This document shows positions 52,653-62,058 of a DNA stretch of 64,000 nucleotides, one piece after another. Within the stretch, counting starts at the first letter, position 1; each line of letters opens with the position of its first letter. The notes below the pieces were generated by a model. The model had not been told where the DNA came from. It saw only the letters and a program-made list of their open reading frames with translations, and did not search any database. The DNA is from Wickerhamiella versatilis (taxonomy: Eukaryota), in contig JAQOWU010000007.1 in the NCBI GenBank assembly GCA_030867685.1, positions 992,001-1,056,000 on the forward strand, given 5' to 3'. The translations under genes were made by a program, and so were the position numbers.

Positions 52653-55600
52653 ATGGGAGCCCAGTTGTCTACTGTTGCGCCTACAGTGACCGTTCCTATC
52701 GATGCATATATTTCAGAGATTGGCGATCTTGCCTGGGCCTCTGACTTGGGTCGGGCAAGATTTCTCAAAACTGTGAAAGCGACACATCGTGACGGATATG
52801 CTGTTGTGAAGGTATTTATCAAGCCTTCGACCTTGGTTGACTTGGGACCCATGAGAGCTAAGATACGCGAGCAGACTTTGGCTCTTATACCTGTATGTAA
52901 TGCCATTGGTTGGACCAGACTACTAGAGACCGAGCGGGCAGGCTATCTCGGTCGTCAATTTATAAAACACAATCTCTACGATCGTATTTCTACAAGACCT
53001 TTCCTAGAGCCCATTGAGAAGAAATGGATTGTGTTCCAAATGCTACGATGCCTTGCCGATACACACAAGATGGGAATATGCCATGGTGACCTGAAATGCG
53101 AAAACGTATTGGTGAATTCCTGGAAATGGGTATATGTTGTAGATTGGGCGTCGTATAAACCAGTTAAATTGCCTGAGACAGACTCCAGTGTTTTCCTCTT
53201 CTACTTCGATACGTCTCAACGCCGCACGTGCTATGTGGCTCCTGAGAGATTCGGAGCGGACGGTCCTGAACAACTCACGCCTGAAATGGATATTTACAGT
53301 GCAGGATGTGTCATTGCAGAACTATTCCTTGATGGCCAGCCGCTCTTCACACTTGCAGACCTCTTCGGATACAAGCGCGGCGAGAAAAAACCTGCTTTAG
53401 ACGGTATCAAGGACAAGGAAATTCGCGACATGATATTGTCTATGGTTTCTCTTGATCCTAAAGAGCGTAAGAGTGCAGAAGAGTATCTTCATTCAGATGT
53501 GTTCCCATCATTTTTCTGGACGCTTTGGGATCTGTACTCCCGATTCTGTGCTCGTTCCTATGAGAGTGCTGACCCTATGATTTCTCACACTTGGGATAAT
53601 TTTGACGTGCTTTTGAAGGCGCTGGACGCTCCACTTCAGTATCAAGAACATATTCCAACCCCAAAATCCATTTTGCCTGTGGCTATAACGCTTCCGAGTG
53701 GAACATTTATACCAACCTCGCTAGAACATCGGCGAGATGGCGCACTCATGGTTCTGAGCATTGTATGCTCTTCTATACGTGCATCAACACACCTTATATG
53801 GCGTAAGAGGGCGATTGATTTGGTACTTGCCTTGTCTGTGATAGTCGACGACGAGATACGCTTGGACAGATGTCTACCTTACTTCCTGGCATTAGTACGG
53901 GGTCGTGAAGAAGACGTGATTAAATCCCAAGCTCTCACTCATTTGACACACCTCCTTACTATGGTTACCTCTTTTACATCGCTGAATGAGAAGGTCTATT
54001 CAGAATACCTTTTCCCTCGACTAGAAGTAGTGGCAACTAACTCGAGCCCTTACGTCAAATCCACATATGCCTATTGTCTTCCCACACTAGCTTCCTTGGC
54101 ATCCAAGGTGGACCCGTCGGTGGGACACTACATTGAAGAGCAGACGCGGTCTTTACTTACAGAGAAGAGTTCTGTTGTTCGGCGTGCGTTCTTAAGGAGC
54201 GCCGACCCCCTTTGTTCCGTACTAGGCCAGCAGAAGACAAACGATATCGTTCTTTCCCATGCAATCACGTATCTCAACGATCGTAATCCCCAAGTACGCA
54301 TTGATCTATTCGATTTTGTGGGACGCATCGCACCTTTAGTTGGGCCTGCCTCACTTGAACAATATATGATTCCTTTGATGATCCAGAGCCTCGTAGACCC
54401 GCGTGAAGATGTGGTAATAGTTGTTCTCCGTTCGTTAGGAACATTTGCGGAACTCGGGCTTATTCGGTTGAAGTTGGTCTGGTCTCTCCTTCCAACAGTG
54501 TCCAAATTCTCGATACACCCTAATGTCTACATAAGGACCCAGCTTTTTCTCTTAGTGAGTTTCTGTGCTGCGCACATGGCTCCAGCACAAGTATATTGCT
54601 TGTTGCGACCCATTTTCAAAATGTTCATGGAATGTGAGGTCGTGGATTGGACCGATTATCGCAATTTAGCTGGTGCCGTACGACCTCCAATCTCTTCGAC
54701 TATATACTCTTTGGCTTTACAGTGGGTAAGAAATGCACGAAAGACGGCATTTTGGCGTACTGCCTCGAATTCAGACTCGACTCCCGCTTTTTCACAAGAG
54801 GACCGGCGATGGCTTAGCCGACTTCGAGATGCAGGATTTAAGAACGAGGATTTGTGGCAGCTAGTCATATATCGTGACTACCTGTGGCAAATAGCCCGTG
54901 TGCCCCCTCCCCATCAACCACCGGCTGATGATGTGCAAATTAAACCGACAAATTTGGGCGAACATGAGGAGGTTCCTCCGCATCTGGAGAGGTACGTGAA
55001 GACACGAAATAAGAGTGAATCTCACCATACGAATGTCGTCATCCAGAACCAGAAGGTAGGTCACCGAATAGACCGGCCATCCAGCACATCAAGTTCAGAA
55101 AATGAGGTCCGGCCAGCCGGTACCCTTGTTTCTTCAATCAAGGCACACAGAGGTGCTATTGAAGCTCTTGCTGTCTGTGCCGATGAATATTACTTCGCAA
55201 CCGGTGCAGATGATGGTCTTTTAAAAATCTGGGATTGTCGACAGCTTGCTCGAGGTGCCTCTCGGCCCGCCGTAACATTTGAGTTTGGCGTGCGTATATC
55301 AACAGCAATCTGGCTAGAATGCACTTCTATCATTTGTGTAGCTACTGCTGACGGTATACTTCATTTTCTTGATTCAGTTGATGATAGCCTTATTTCGGTA
55401 GCAGAATTTCACTATGATGCTGCTGCAGTATCTCTATATCATCAACCGAAAAGTCAAACCATGTGGGTGCTCACAACCGATTGTAAAGTGTTGGCGGTAG
55501 ATCTACCGACCTTGGCCTATGATCATATAGACTTGCCTGTGGAGCATGGTCCTCCCAAATGTTGGGCATTCGACCCACAGAATTACTGGGCTGCAATTGG

Positions 55601-56273
55601 CACATCACATGGTATGATTGATATAATCGACTTGCGATTCCGCCTGTTAGTGCATTCGTTTGGGATAGGAGAGTTAGCACCTGTGCACGCTGTTTGTAAC
55701 CACCCTACGCATGAACGTTGGATTGTTGTTGCTGGTGGGTTTCGTTCCCCCTTGATCTCTACGTGGGATGTAAGTACTCAGGAATGCAGAGAGCTGCTAC
55801 TGCCGATGCAAAACAATGATGATCGACCTCTTCCGTCACTCGAGCCGTTAGATGTCAAATTGGATCAATTTGCCGACTGGTCTCTTGAGACTGTCCTCGA
55901 GGATACGGGGGTCACTGCTCTAGCAGTCGCACGTACAGAACCTGTGGTTATTTCGGGTGGGGGAGATCGAGTACTTCGATGGTGGAACCTCCTAGCACCA
56001 AATCTTTGCACGGTAGTTAGTGGGCTGCCTTATACTCACCCGAGGGTATCGTACTCTGGTCGAATTGGATCCAATGTCAAGTACACTTACGAGAAAGCAG
56101 CACCTGCGTCCAAGCGGCCAGAGCGTCATACCCGAATCGCCGTCATTGCCAACGAAGAGGCTGACATCGGCCGAAATCACAGAGGCACAATCACACAAGT
56201 TGCCGTGCTGGCACGGTCTCGTGAAATGATCGTATCCGTTGACGAAGTAGGAATAATTAAAGTATTTCTCTAG
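52653..56273 (+). CDS. VPS15: PI3K regulatory kinase Vps15
   Basis: MGAQLS myristoylation start (ATG 52653), NLYDRISTRPFL, HGDLKCEN, YFDTS.RRTCY.APERF, HEAT and WD40 repeats. Confidence 0.96.
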   Translation: MGAQLSTVAPTVTVPIDAYISEIGDLAWASDLGRARFLKTVKATHRDGYAVVKVFIKPSTLVDLGPMRAKIREQTLALIPVCNAIGWTRLLETERAGYLGRQFIKHNLYDRISTRPFLEPIEKKWIVFQMLRCLADTHKMGICHGDLKCENVLVNSWKWVYVVDWASYKPVKLPETDSSVFLFYFDTSQRRTCYVAPERFGADGPEQLTPEMDIYSAGCVIAELFLDGQPLFTLADLFGYKRGEKKPALDGIKDKEIRDMILSMVSLDPKERKSAEEYLHSDVFPSFFWTLWDLYSRFCARSYESADPMISHTWDNFDVLLKALDAPLQYQEHIPTPKSILPVAITLPSGTFIPTSLEHRRDGALMVLSIVCSSIRASTHLIWRKRAIDLVLALSVIVDDEIRLDRCLPYFLALVRGREEDVIKSQALTHLTHLLTMVTSFTSLNEKVYSEYLFPRLEVVATNSSPYVKSTYAYCLPTLASLASKVDPSVGHYIEEQTRSLLTEKSSVVRRAFLRSADPLCSVLGQQKTNDIVLSHAITYLNDRNPQVRIDLFDFVGRIAPLVGPASLEQYMIPLMIQSLVDPREDVVIVVLRSLGTFAELGLIRLKLVWSLLPTVSKFSIHPNVYIRTQLFLLVSFCAAHMAPAQVYCLLRPIFKMFMECEVVDWTDYRNLAGAVRPPISSTIYSLALQWVRNARKTAFWRTASNSDSTPAFSQEDRRWLSRLRDAGFKNEDLWQLVIYRDYLWQIARVPPPHQPPADDVQIKPTNLGEHEEVPPHLERYVKTRNKSESHHTNVVIQNQKVGHRIDRPSSTSSSENEVRPAGTLVSSIKAHRGAIEALAVCADEYYFATGADDGLLKIWDCRQLARGASRPAVTFEFGVRISTAIWLECTSIICVATADGILHFLDSVDDSLISVAEFHYDAAAVSLYHQPKSQTMWVLTTDCKVLAVDLPTLAYDHIDLPVEHGPPKCWAFDPQNYWAAIGTSHGMIDIIDLRFRLLVHSFGIGELAPVHAVCNHPTHERWIVVAGGFRSPLISTWDVSTQECRELLLPMQNNDDRPLPSLEPLDVKLDQFADWSLETVLEDTGVTALAVARTEPVVISGGGDRVLRWWNLLAPNLCTVVSGLPYTHPRVSYSGRIGSNVKYTYEKAAPASKRPERHTRIAVIANEEADIGRNHRGTITQVAVLARSREMIVSVDEVGIIKVFL

Positions 56274-56472
56274 TCTTTTATTAGTATTTCTTGCATTTTA
56301 TTTAAAATTGTACACCTGGAAAGCCACACTAGTTTACTGCGTGGTTCTAGCTGAATATAACCAATTTCTCCGTTCATTTGAGATAGGTAAGTAAGTCTAG
56401 ATTTATCAGGAAATGGCAAAAAAACTTGAAAATGGCTCTCTTAACTGTCTTAGATTAAATATAGAGGCGGAA

Positions 56473-58050
56473 TTACTCCTTGTGGTGTTTCTCTTTCTTC
56501 TCTTTCTTTTCCTTCTTTTCCTTCTTGTCTTTCTTCTCCGATTTCTCCTTGTCCTCCTTCTTTTCCTTCTTCTCTTTCTTCTCCTTCTTCTCCTTCTTTT
56601 CCTTCTTCTCCTTCTTCTCCTTCTTCCTCTCCTTAGAGTCGTCTTCGTCGTCCTCTCGCTTGCGTTTCTTATCAGGTATCTCAGCCCCAGCTGCCGGTTC
56701 CGAAGGAGTCTCCTCATCGTCATCATCACTGTCTGCTGCTGCATCTGCCATATCAGCATCGGCATTGTATTGAGCCACAGGCTTCATATCCACCTTGGGC
56801 ATGGACTGGCGGTTCGCGGTCACACGTCTCAAATCTTTACCTTCAAGTTGTGCCAACCTTCGCTCGATCTTGCTCCGGTCGTCAAGTCCCACGGTTGCCT
56901 CATCAGGTCTGTCCTCGGCCAGGGCATCATATCTGGTAGAGACAGACGACTTAGCGGCAAGCATGCGTGCTATTTTACCCTTGTTCTTCCCGGTTGCTTG
57001 ACCCACCAGAGATGCGTGATAAAGAATACCATACTTCGGAGTGTCGTGCTTTGTCTTCAATGCACGGAAGAGAGCCTTCTCCGCACCCAGGATCTGGACT
57101 GTTGAGGCTGGTGCCTTTGCCAAGTTTACAATGGATCCAGCGTGCGAAATCAGTCGTGCACCTACTAAATCACCGACCAGGGAAGTAAGATTGGGGGCAA
57201 TCGTACCCATTCGTGTGCTCAGATAGCTGCTGAGTTTTTCTCTGTATTTTGAGAGCTTAACAACCTGTCCAGCGAAAAACTCAATGTTGCGCAAGTCATC
57301 CTCACTAATCTCTGTTCCCATACTAACCTCTGCGGCCTCTTTCAGCTGATGTTCTGTTTCCTCGGGCAACAGCGCGGAGAAGTCTGTATTAGCAGCATTT
57401 GACCGTACGCCCATAGCCTGGACACACTGCGCATAGACAGTGTTGTCATTGACAATCTTGGTCATTTCAGGGAAATGCCAACCGTACCACTCTTTAAGAC
57501 GCATAGCATAAACGTTAATTTCCTTGTCCAAATCGTCCAGCAACGCAATAGCCTGTATAATCATCACGTCCACCTTATCCGGGGAAAACTTGAGCTTGTG
57601 CCGGCCAATAGAATGAGCCAGTCCGAGGGACATCGTGGCAAGATTATGCTCGTCAAGGCCAGGGATGATGGTGCCAAGATTCTCTCTGATAGCACGCAGT
57701 ATGTCAAGTGTTTGCGAGTCGCTAATAACTTTCAATGAAAGGCCTGGTAGCTTGTTGATGGCAGTTCCCAGCTTCGGATCTGAGACGACGAGCGTAGCCT
57801 TTTTCTCTTCCTTGAGCCCATCAAGCAAGTGGCCAAGCTTCTCGCTCACTTTTGAATCAATTAGAGCACCAGTTTCCTCCAAAGCATCGGCTGCACTTTC
57901 AAACTTTTCGAAAGCCTTGACTTTGAACTGATCAGCGATTTTTTCTGGGCTCGCCAGTTCCTCGAGCAAATGATCAGACTTGTGGAGCTTTTTATCCTTG
58001 GCCTTAAGTAGCGCATAGCCGGCTGCAGTTTCCGCCAGGATGAAGGTCAT
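56473..58050 (-). CDS. NOP58: Box C/D snoRNP protein Nop58
   Basis: [66 protein letters not shown] tail. Confidence 0.97.
   Translation of the reverse strand: MTFILAETAAGYALLKAKDKKLHKSDHLLEELASPEKIADQFKVKAFEKFESAADALEETGALIDSKVSEKLGHLLDGLKEEKKATLVVSDPKLGTAINKLPGLSLKVISDSQTLDILRAIRENLGTIIPGLDEHNLATMSLGLAHSIGRHKLKFSPDKVDVMIIQAIALLDDLDKEINVYAMRLKEWYGWHFPEMTKIVNDNTVYAQCVQAMGVRSNAANTDFSALLPEETEHQLKEAAEVSMGTEISEDDLRNIEFFAGQVVKLSKYREKLSSYLSTRMGTIAPNLTSLVGDLVGARLISHAGSIVNLAKAPASTVQILGAEKALFRALKTKHDTPKYGILYHASLVGQATGKNKGKIARMLAAKSSVSTRYDALAEDRPDEATVGLDDRSKIERRLAQLEGKDLRRVTANRQSMPKVDMKPVAQYNADADMADAAADSDDDDEETPSEPAAGAEIPDKKRKREDDEDDSKERKKEKKEKKEKKEKKEKKEKKEKKEDKEKSEKKDKKEKKEKKEKKEKHHKE
56476..56632 (-). 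repeat. KKE/KKD coding repeat of the Nop58 tail (9-nt unit)
   Basis: Plus strand (CTTCTTCTC)n-like tract. Confidence 0.9.
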
Positions 58051-59818
58051 TCAGCCAGGATTTTTTCAGAATAGATTACTAAGTGAAAACGAGTGCACTA
58101 AAACTCTGATCTGACAGACCATGTCCATACTGCTCTGCTTCGCATATATACTATGCATGGAAGATTTATGTCTCTAGTTGTGGTTAGAATCCCTCACATT
58201 CTTCTTTAAGTGTATATACGAACCTTTCTGCATCATATTACTTTTTGCTGCTATGAGTGTATTCCCTACCCTTTAGGCCTGCGGGACAGCCTACAAAAAT
58301 ACAAAGCATTTGCAATTTTACATATTTCCTTAGTTCGTGGTCATCCCAGTATAAGATTTTACTTCAGTTAGTCAGTGCCCGATCATAATCACAGCCGCTC
58401 GTCGTCATTATATCTAGGTTGACCCAGCACATATCTACTTGAGTGATCAAATGCTAATGCTGATACTCTAGTTAAACTTAATACACATGGACCCTGACAT
58501 TTTTTTGCCGATTAATATTATTTAGAGTCACCATTGGTCACCTCTTCTATTGACTGCTGCGCTCACCATCTTGATTTTTCCACCGAATATGCAGTGTTGA
58601 TCCAAGAGAGGCAATGCTTAGAAAATTTATATATTTACCTGTGCCCTAGTACCTCTTCCGATCAACCGGCCAGTCTCCAACGGTAATGCTTGATCGCATC
58701 ATGTTGGCTTCACAACCCACACCCACCCTAAAAGATCGGTAAGATCACGGGTCGGGCTTACTAAATGGGCCGATTTAGGCGGTCTGTGGCCAAGCAGCCC
58801 CCGTTGTACCGCTATTATTTCAGTGGAAAAGTCTAAAAATCTTTCGAGTTAGCAGCTTCCAGCTCTTGGTGGTAAGCCTCACTATAATAAATATCTGGAA
58901 CCACTTCTACAAAAATTATCCATACTTCGTCACTTCATAACCTTATCATCCTGAGAAACATTTACCCGGAATGAGCCTTTTTTAACGACATGATCTGTGG
59001 TTTTTACCAATTCCCGTGCAAATATATTTCCATGGCCTCTTTAATAGAGAATAATCTAAATTTAGAAAGATTTAGCGCTTCGGCCCCAACCTTCAACTTC
59101 CGGCAGTCCCATGGCTTGAGTAATTCACTAGTTGCTTCAATGAGGATGTTTGTCAGTTTCCTAATTCGACCAACCACAAGACCCTTAACCTGTTACCAAA
59201 GGCCTATTCGACCAAAAATCCCCTAGATCTTTCCTAAGTACGTTTACAAGTTAAAAATTTCCAATATGAAAAAAATCCATAATACTTTTATCTCGACCTG
59301 AAAAGGGATATAGCGTCACACGACGTGAGTAAGCACTGCATACACAATCACTCCATTGGGTAAACACCGACAAGACACAGTAGAACCCTCAAGCATTGGT
59401 GTGCCTATCATATATGTTTTTAAAATATACAAAATAAACTATCAGCTTCAACTCCCTACGACTATCCAAAATAAATCATCTCTTGAGCTCAGTTTCCTGA
59501 ATGGACTAGCGTCTCACCCAGATAGCATGGTTTTTTATGGGCTTCCTTGAATATGATTGGCTGCTATATGTTAGTAATAACATCCGGTGTTACTATCAGG
59601 TAAGGGTAACAATTGTTTTTCAACCCAGTTTCGGGAAACATCAAATACTCACAAGATGCAAACTATCTATCTTACGTCCTAGTGCGATTATAATGGTGAT
59701 TATCACAAAATAATTTTTGGCAAGGTACTCCGGACCCCGAAAGCAATGCTTCCGACGGAATTATGCCCTTGCCCTGATGCATAACAAATAGCTTTCGGAC
59801 GTCCTTCCGCCTGCCCGT

Positions 59819-59826
59819 TATATAAA
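59819..59826 (+). promoter_or_regulatory. TATA box of the phosphatase-like gene
   Basis: TATATAAA about 40 nt upstream of ATG 59867. Confidence 0.65.
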
Positions 59827-59866
59827 CAAGACCTCCCTCCCAAGGAAAAGGAGTTGACTTCTACAC

Positions 59867-61087
59867 ATGAAGCTGTCGACTGTGTTGCTGTCCGTCTTGG
59901 CCGGTGTTTACGCCGCGCCACGCAACTTCACCACTGTTGAGGCAACTGGTACTTTTAACCCGGCTGCTGCTACCGCTGTGCAGACCGAATACCCCAAGGA
60001 CCATCACATCGTCAGAGGTCGCCGTTATGACCACATCTGGACTATTGTGTTGGACTCCGCCGACTACGAGGATGCCGAGAGTAATGAGGATTTGCAGGCA
60101 TTGTTGACCAACTACGGTGGTTTGAAGCTCACCAACTACTATGCTGTTGGCCAGCCCGCCCAGGCAAACTTGCTCGCCATGGTCGGTGGTGACACTTTCG
60201 GACTTGACTCTGAACGCTTTGTTGCTCTGCCAGAGAATGTGTCCACCATCGCTGAGTCTCTCGAGAACCAGAAGGTTCTCTGGGCTTCCTATGCCGAGGG
60301 CCAGCCATTCACTGCTTTCACCGGTTGGGAGTACGAGCCTGCTAATTACAGCCGTGCTTCCAATCCTTTCGTTTCTTACGACTCTGTTACCAGCAACCGT
60401 AAGCGTTACGTTAATTTGCGTTCTCTTGAGACCCTCTATCAGGACTACGCTAAGCACCGTTACCCCCAGTGGCTTTTGATCACCCCTAACACATATCACT
60501 CTGGTCGTAACTCCGATCTTGCCACTTCTGCTAAGTGGACCCGCGACTTCCTCGAGCCATTTTTCAATGCGTCTATCGCCGAGGAGCGCAACCTTAAGGG
60601 TGTTACCGATATTAGACATCGTCATTTGTTCATTGTCACTTTCGCCAGTGCTAAGTCCACTGATGGCCCTAACCGTGTGATGACTTTGCTTCTCGGTGAC
60701 ATGCCTGATGGTGCCCACAACGACCCTGCTGGTCAGAACGAGGATGACAGTTACTATGATCATTACTCCATTCTTGCTTCTACTGAGGCTAATTATGACC
60801 TCCCGCATCTCGGACGCTACGATGCTAGCGCTAATGTATTCAAGGTCATTAACAGCAAGGCGCATATCACTAACGAGGAGGAGTACTACAAGCTTCGTCT
60901 CGAGAACCTCACTGATACAAACTACAACAACTTCCCAGCCTCCGGTTATCTCGGCAACGACGACATTCAGTTGCCTGTGCCAAACCTTCAGCCTGAGGGA
61001 CCCGGTCGCGCCGGTGTTGTTAAGCGCGTGAAGAAGCTCTGGAGCAAGGCTTCGTACAGCTACTCCGACTGGGAGGTCAACTATTAA
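59867..61087 (+). CDS. Secreted phosphoesterase-family (fungal acid phosphatase-like) protein, apparently catalytically degenerate
   Basis: Signal peptide; family scaffold LTNYYAV, GGDTFG, NVSTI, W.SYAE, PQW..ITPN, YDHYS..AS.EANY.LPHLGRYD; active-site motifs substituted. Confidence 0.88.
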   Translation: MKLSTVLLSVLAGVYAAPRNFTTVEATGTFNPAAATAVQTEYPKDHHIVRGRRYDHIWTIVLDSADYEDAESNEDLQALLTNYGGLKLTNYYAVGQPAQANLLAMVGGDTFGLDSERFVALPENVSTIAESLENQKVLWASYAEGQPFTAFTGWEYEPANYSRASNPFVSYDSVTSNRKRYVNLRSLETLYQDYAKHRYPQWLLITPNTYHSGRNSDLATSAKWTRDFLEPFFNASIAEERNLKGVTDIRHRHLFIVTFASAKSTDGPNRVMTLLLGDMPDGAHNDPAGQNEDDSYYDHYSILASTEANYDLPHLGRYDASANVFKVINSKAHITNEEEYYKLRLENLTDTNYNNFPASGYLGNDDIQLPVPNLQPEGPGRAGVVKRVKKLWSKASYSYSDWEVNY

Positions 61088-61431
61088 TTAAATACCGCTC
61101 GTAATTCTTCAGAACAATAAATTACATCTAGTTTTAGCAATTAGTTCTTGACCAAAAGGATTAATTAATTATAATCGGAGAATAATTTTCTGGAAGATTT
61201 AAACACTGGCAATCGGTGAGCTGATAATAGAAGCCATCGCCTAAATTTTAATATACGTTCCCATTCTCCTCAAAAATTATCTCCTACATCTTTTTGAGGT
61301 CTATGCAAACGAGAATATCACGATATATTGTATTACTCAGCTAGGGTGTCAGGGCTTTGAAGTCACGGACATCCCAATCGGCACAAGCTAGATATACACC
61401 CGTATTCTGTGTAAGAGCTCAGTCTGACGCA

Positions 61432-61755
61432 ATGCCGCCTAAAGTCCAGCAACAGACGAAGGCTCAGAAGGCCGCCGCCGCCATGGCTGGTGGTAAGAGC
61501 CGTAAGAAGAAGTGGTCTACCAAGAAGGTCGGTGACAGTGCCCAGCACGCCACCACCGTGTCTCCCGAGCTGAAGGACCGCATCTGGAAGGATGCTTCTG
61601 CCTTCAAGCTTGTCACTGTTTCCGTCCTTGTTGACCGTTTGAAGATCAATGGTTCCGTTGCTCGTAGGGCTCTCCGGGCTCTCGAGGAGGAGGGCATCAT
61701 CAAGCCTGTGATTACCCACTCGACCCAGAAGACGTACACTCGTGCTTCTGCTTAA
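61432..61755 (+). CDS. RPS25: 40S ribosomal protein eS25
   Basis: MPPK...[39 protein letters not shown] at 61432; no intron. Confidence 0.97.
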   Translation: MPPKVQQQTKAQKAAAAMAGGKSRKKKWSTKKVGDSAQHATTVSPELKDRIWKDASAFKLVTVSVLVDRLKINGSVARRALRALEEEGIIKPVITHSTQKTYTRASA

Positions 61756-62058
61756 ATGTTATATAAAGCGATAATTTCGCGTCATATCGGGTATACTCAC
61801 TACTTTAGCGCTTAGTAGCTCTACCGAAAAGCTGATGCACATATTGTTGTCAAGGTTATTTCACAACTAGTAGTCTTTGTCTGATAATGGTGTAGCTTCG
61901 CATGTGGCATGCTGCTCTAGTACACGATTAACTGGTTTTCTTCGTAAGTAGAACGAGTAATAGCCTCTTTCTTTTTCTAAATAGAAGCAGTTACGCTCAA
62001 TTATCTAAGTCTATATGGGCATACCAGTAGGTACATCACGTAATCTCTAGGAGGTGAG

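Noticed and set aside
56413-57105. Leu/Phe-rich 230-aa ORF and Arg-rich ORF overlapping the NOP58 tail
   Set aside because: Alternative frames of the KKE repeat.
58631-58641. ATATTTACCTG resembling the U1 snRNA 5' end
   Set aside because: Mismatch in the invariant ACUUAC, and no U1 stem-loop I/II motifs follow.
58990-59550. Short ORFs of 78 and 64 aa in the NOP58-phosphatase gap
   Set aside because: No motifs, intergenic-like composition, one lacks an ATG.
59861-60865. 334-aa antisense ORF over the phosphatase-like gene
   Set aside because: Expected shadow of strong codon bias on the sense strand; no recognisable protein features.
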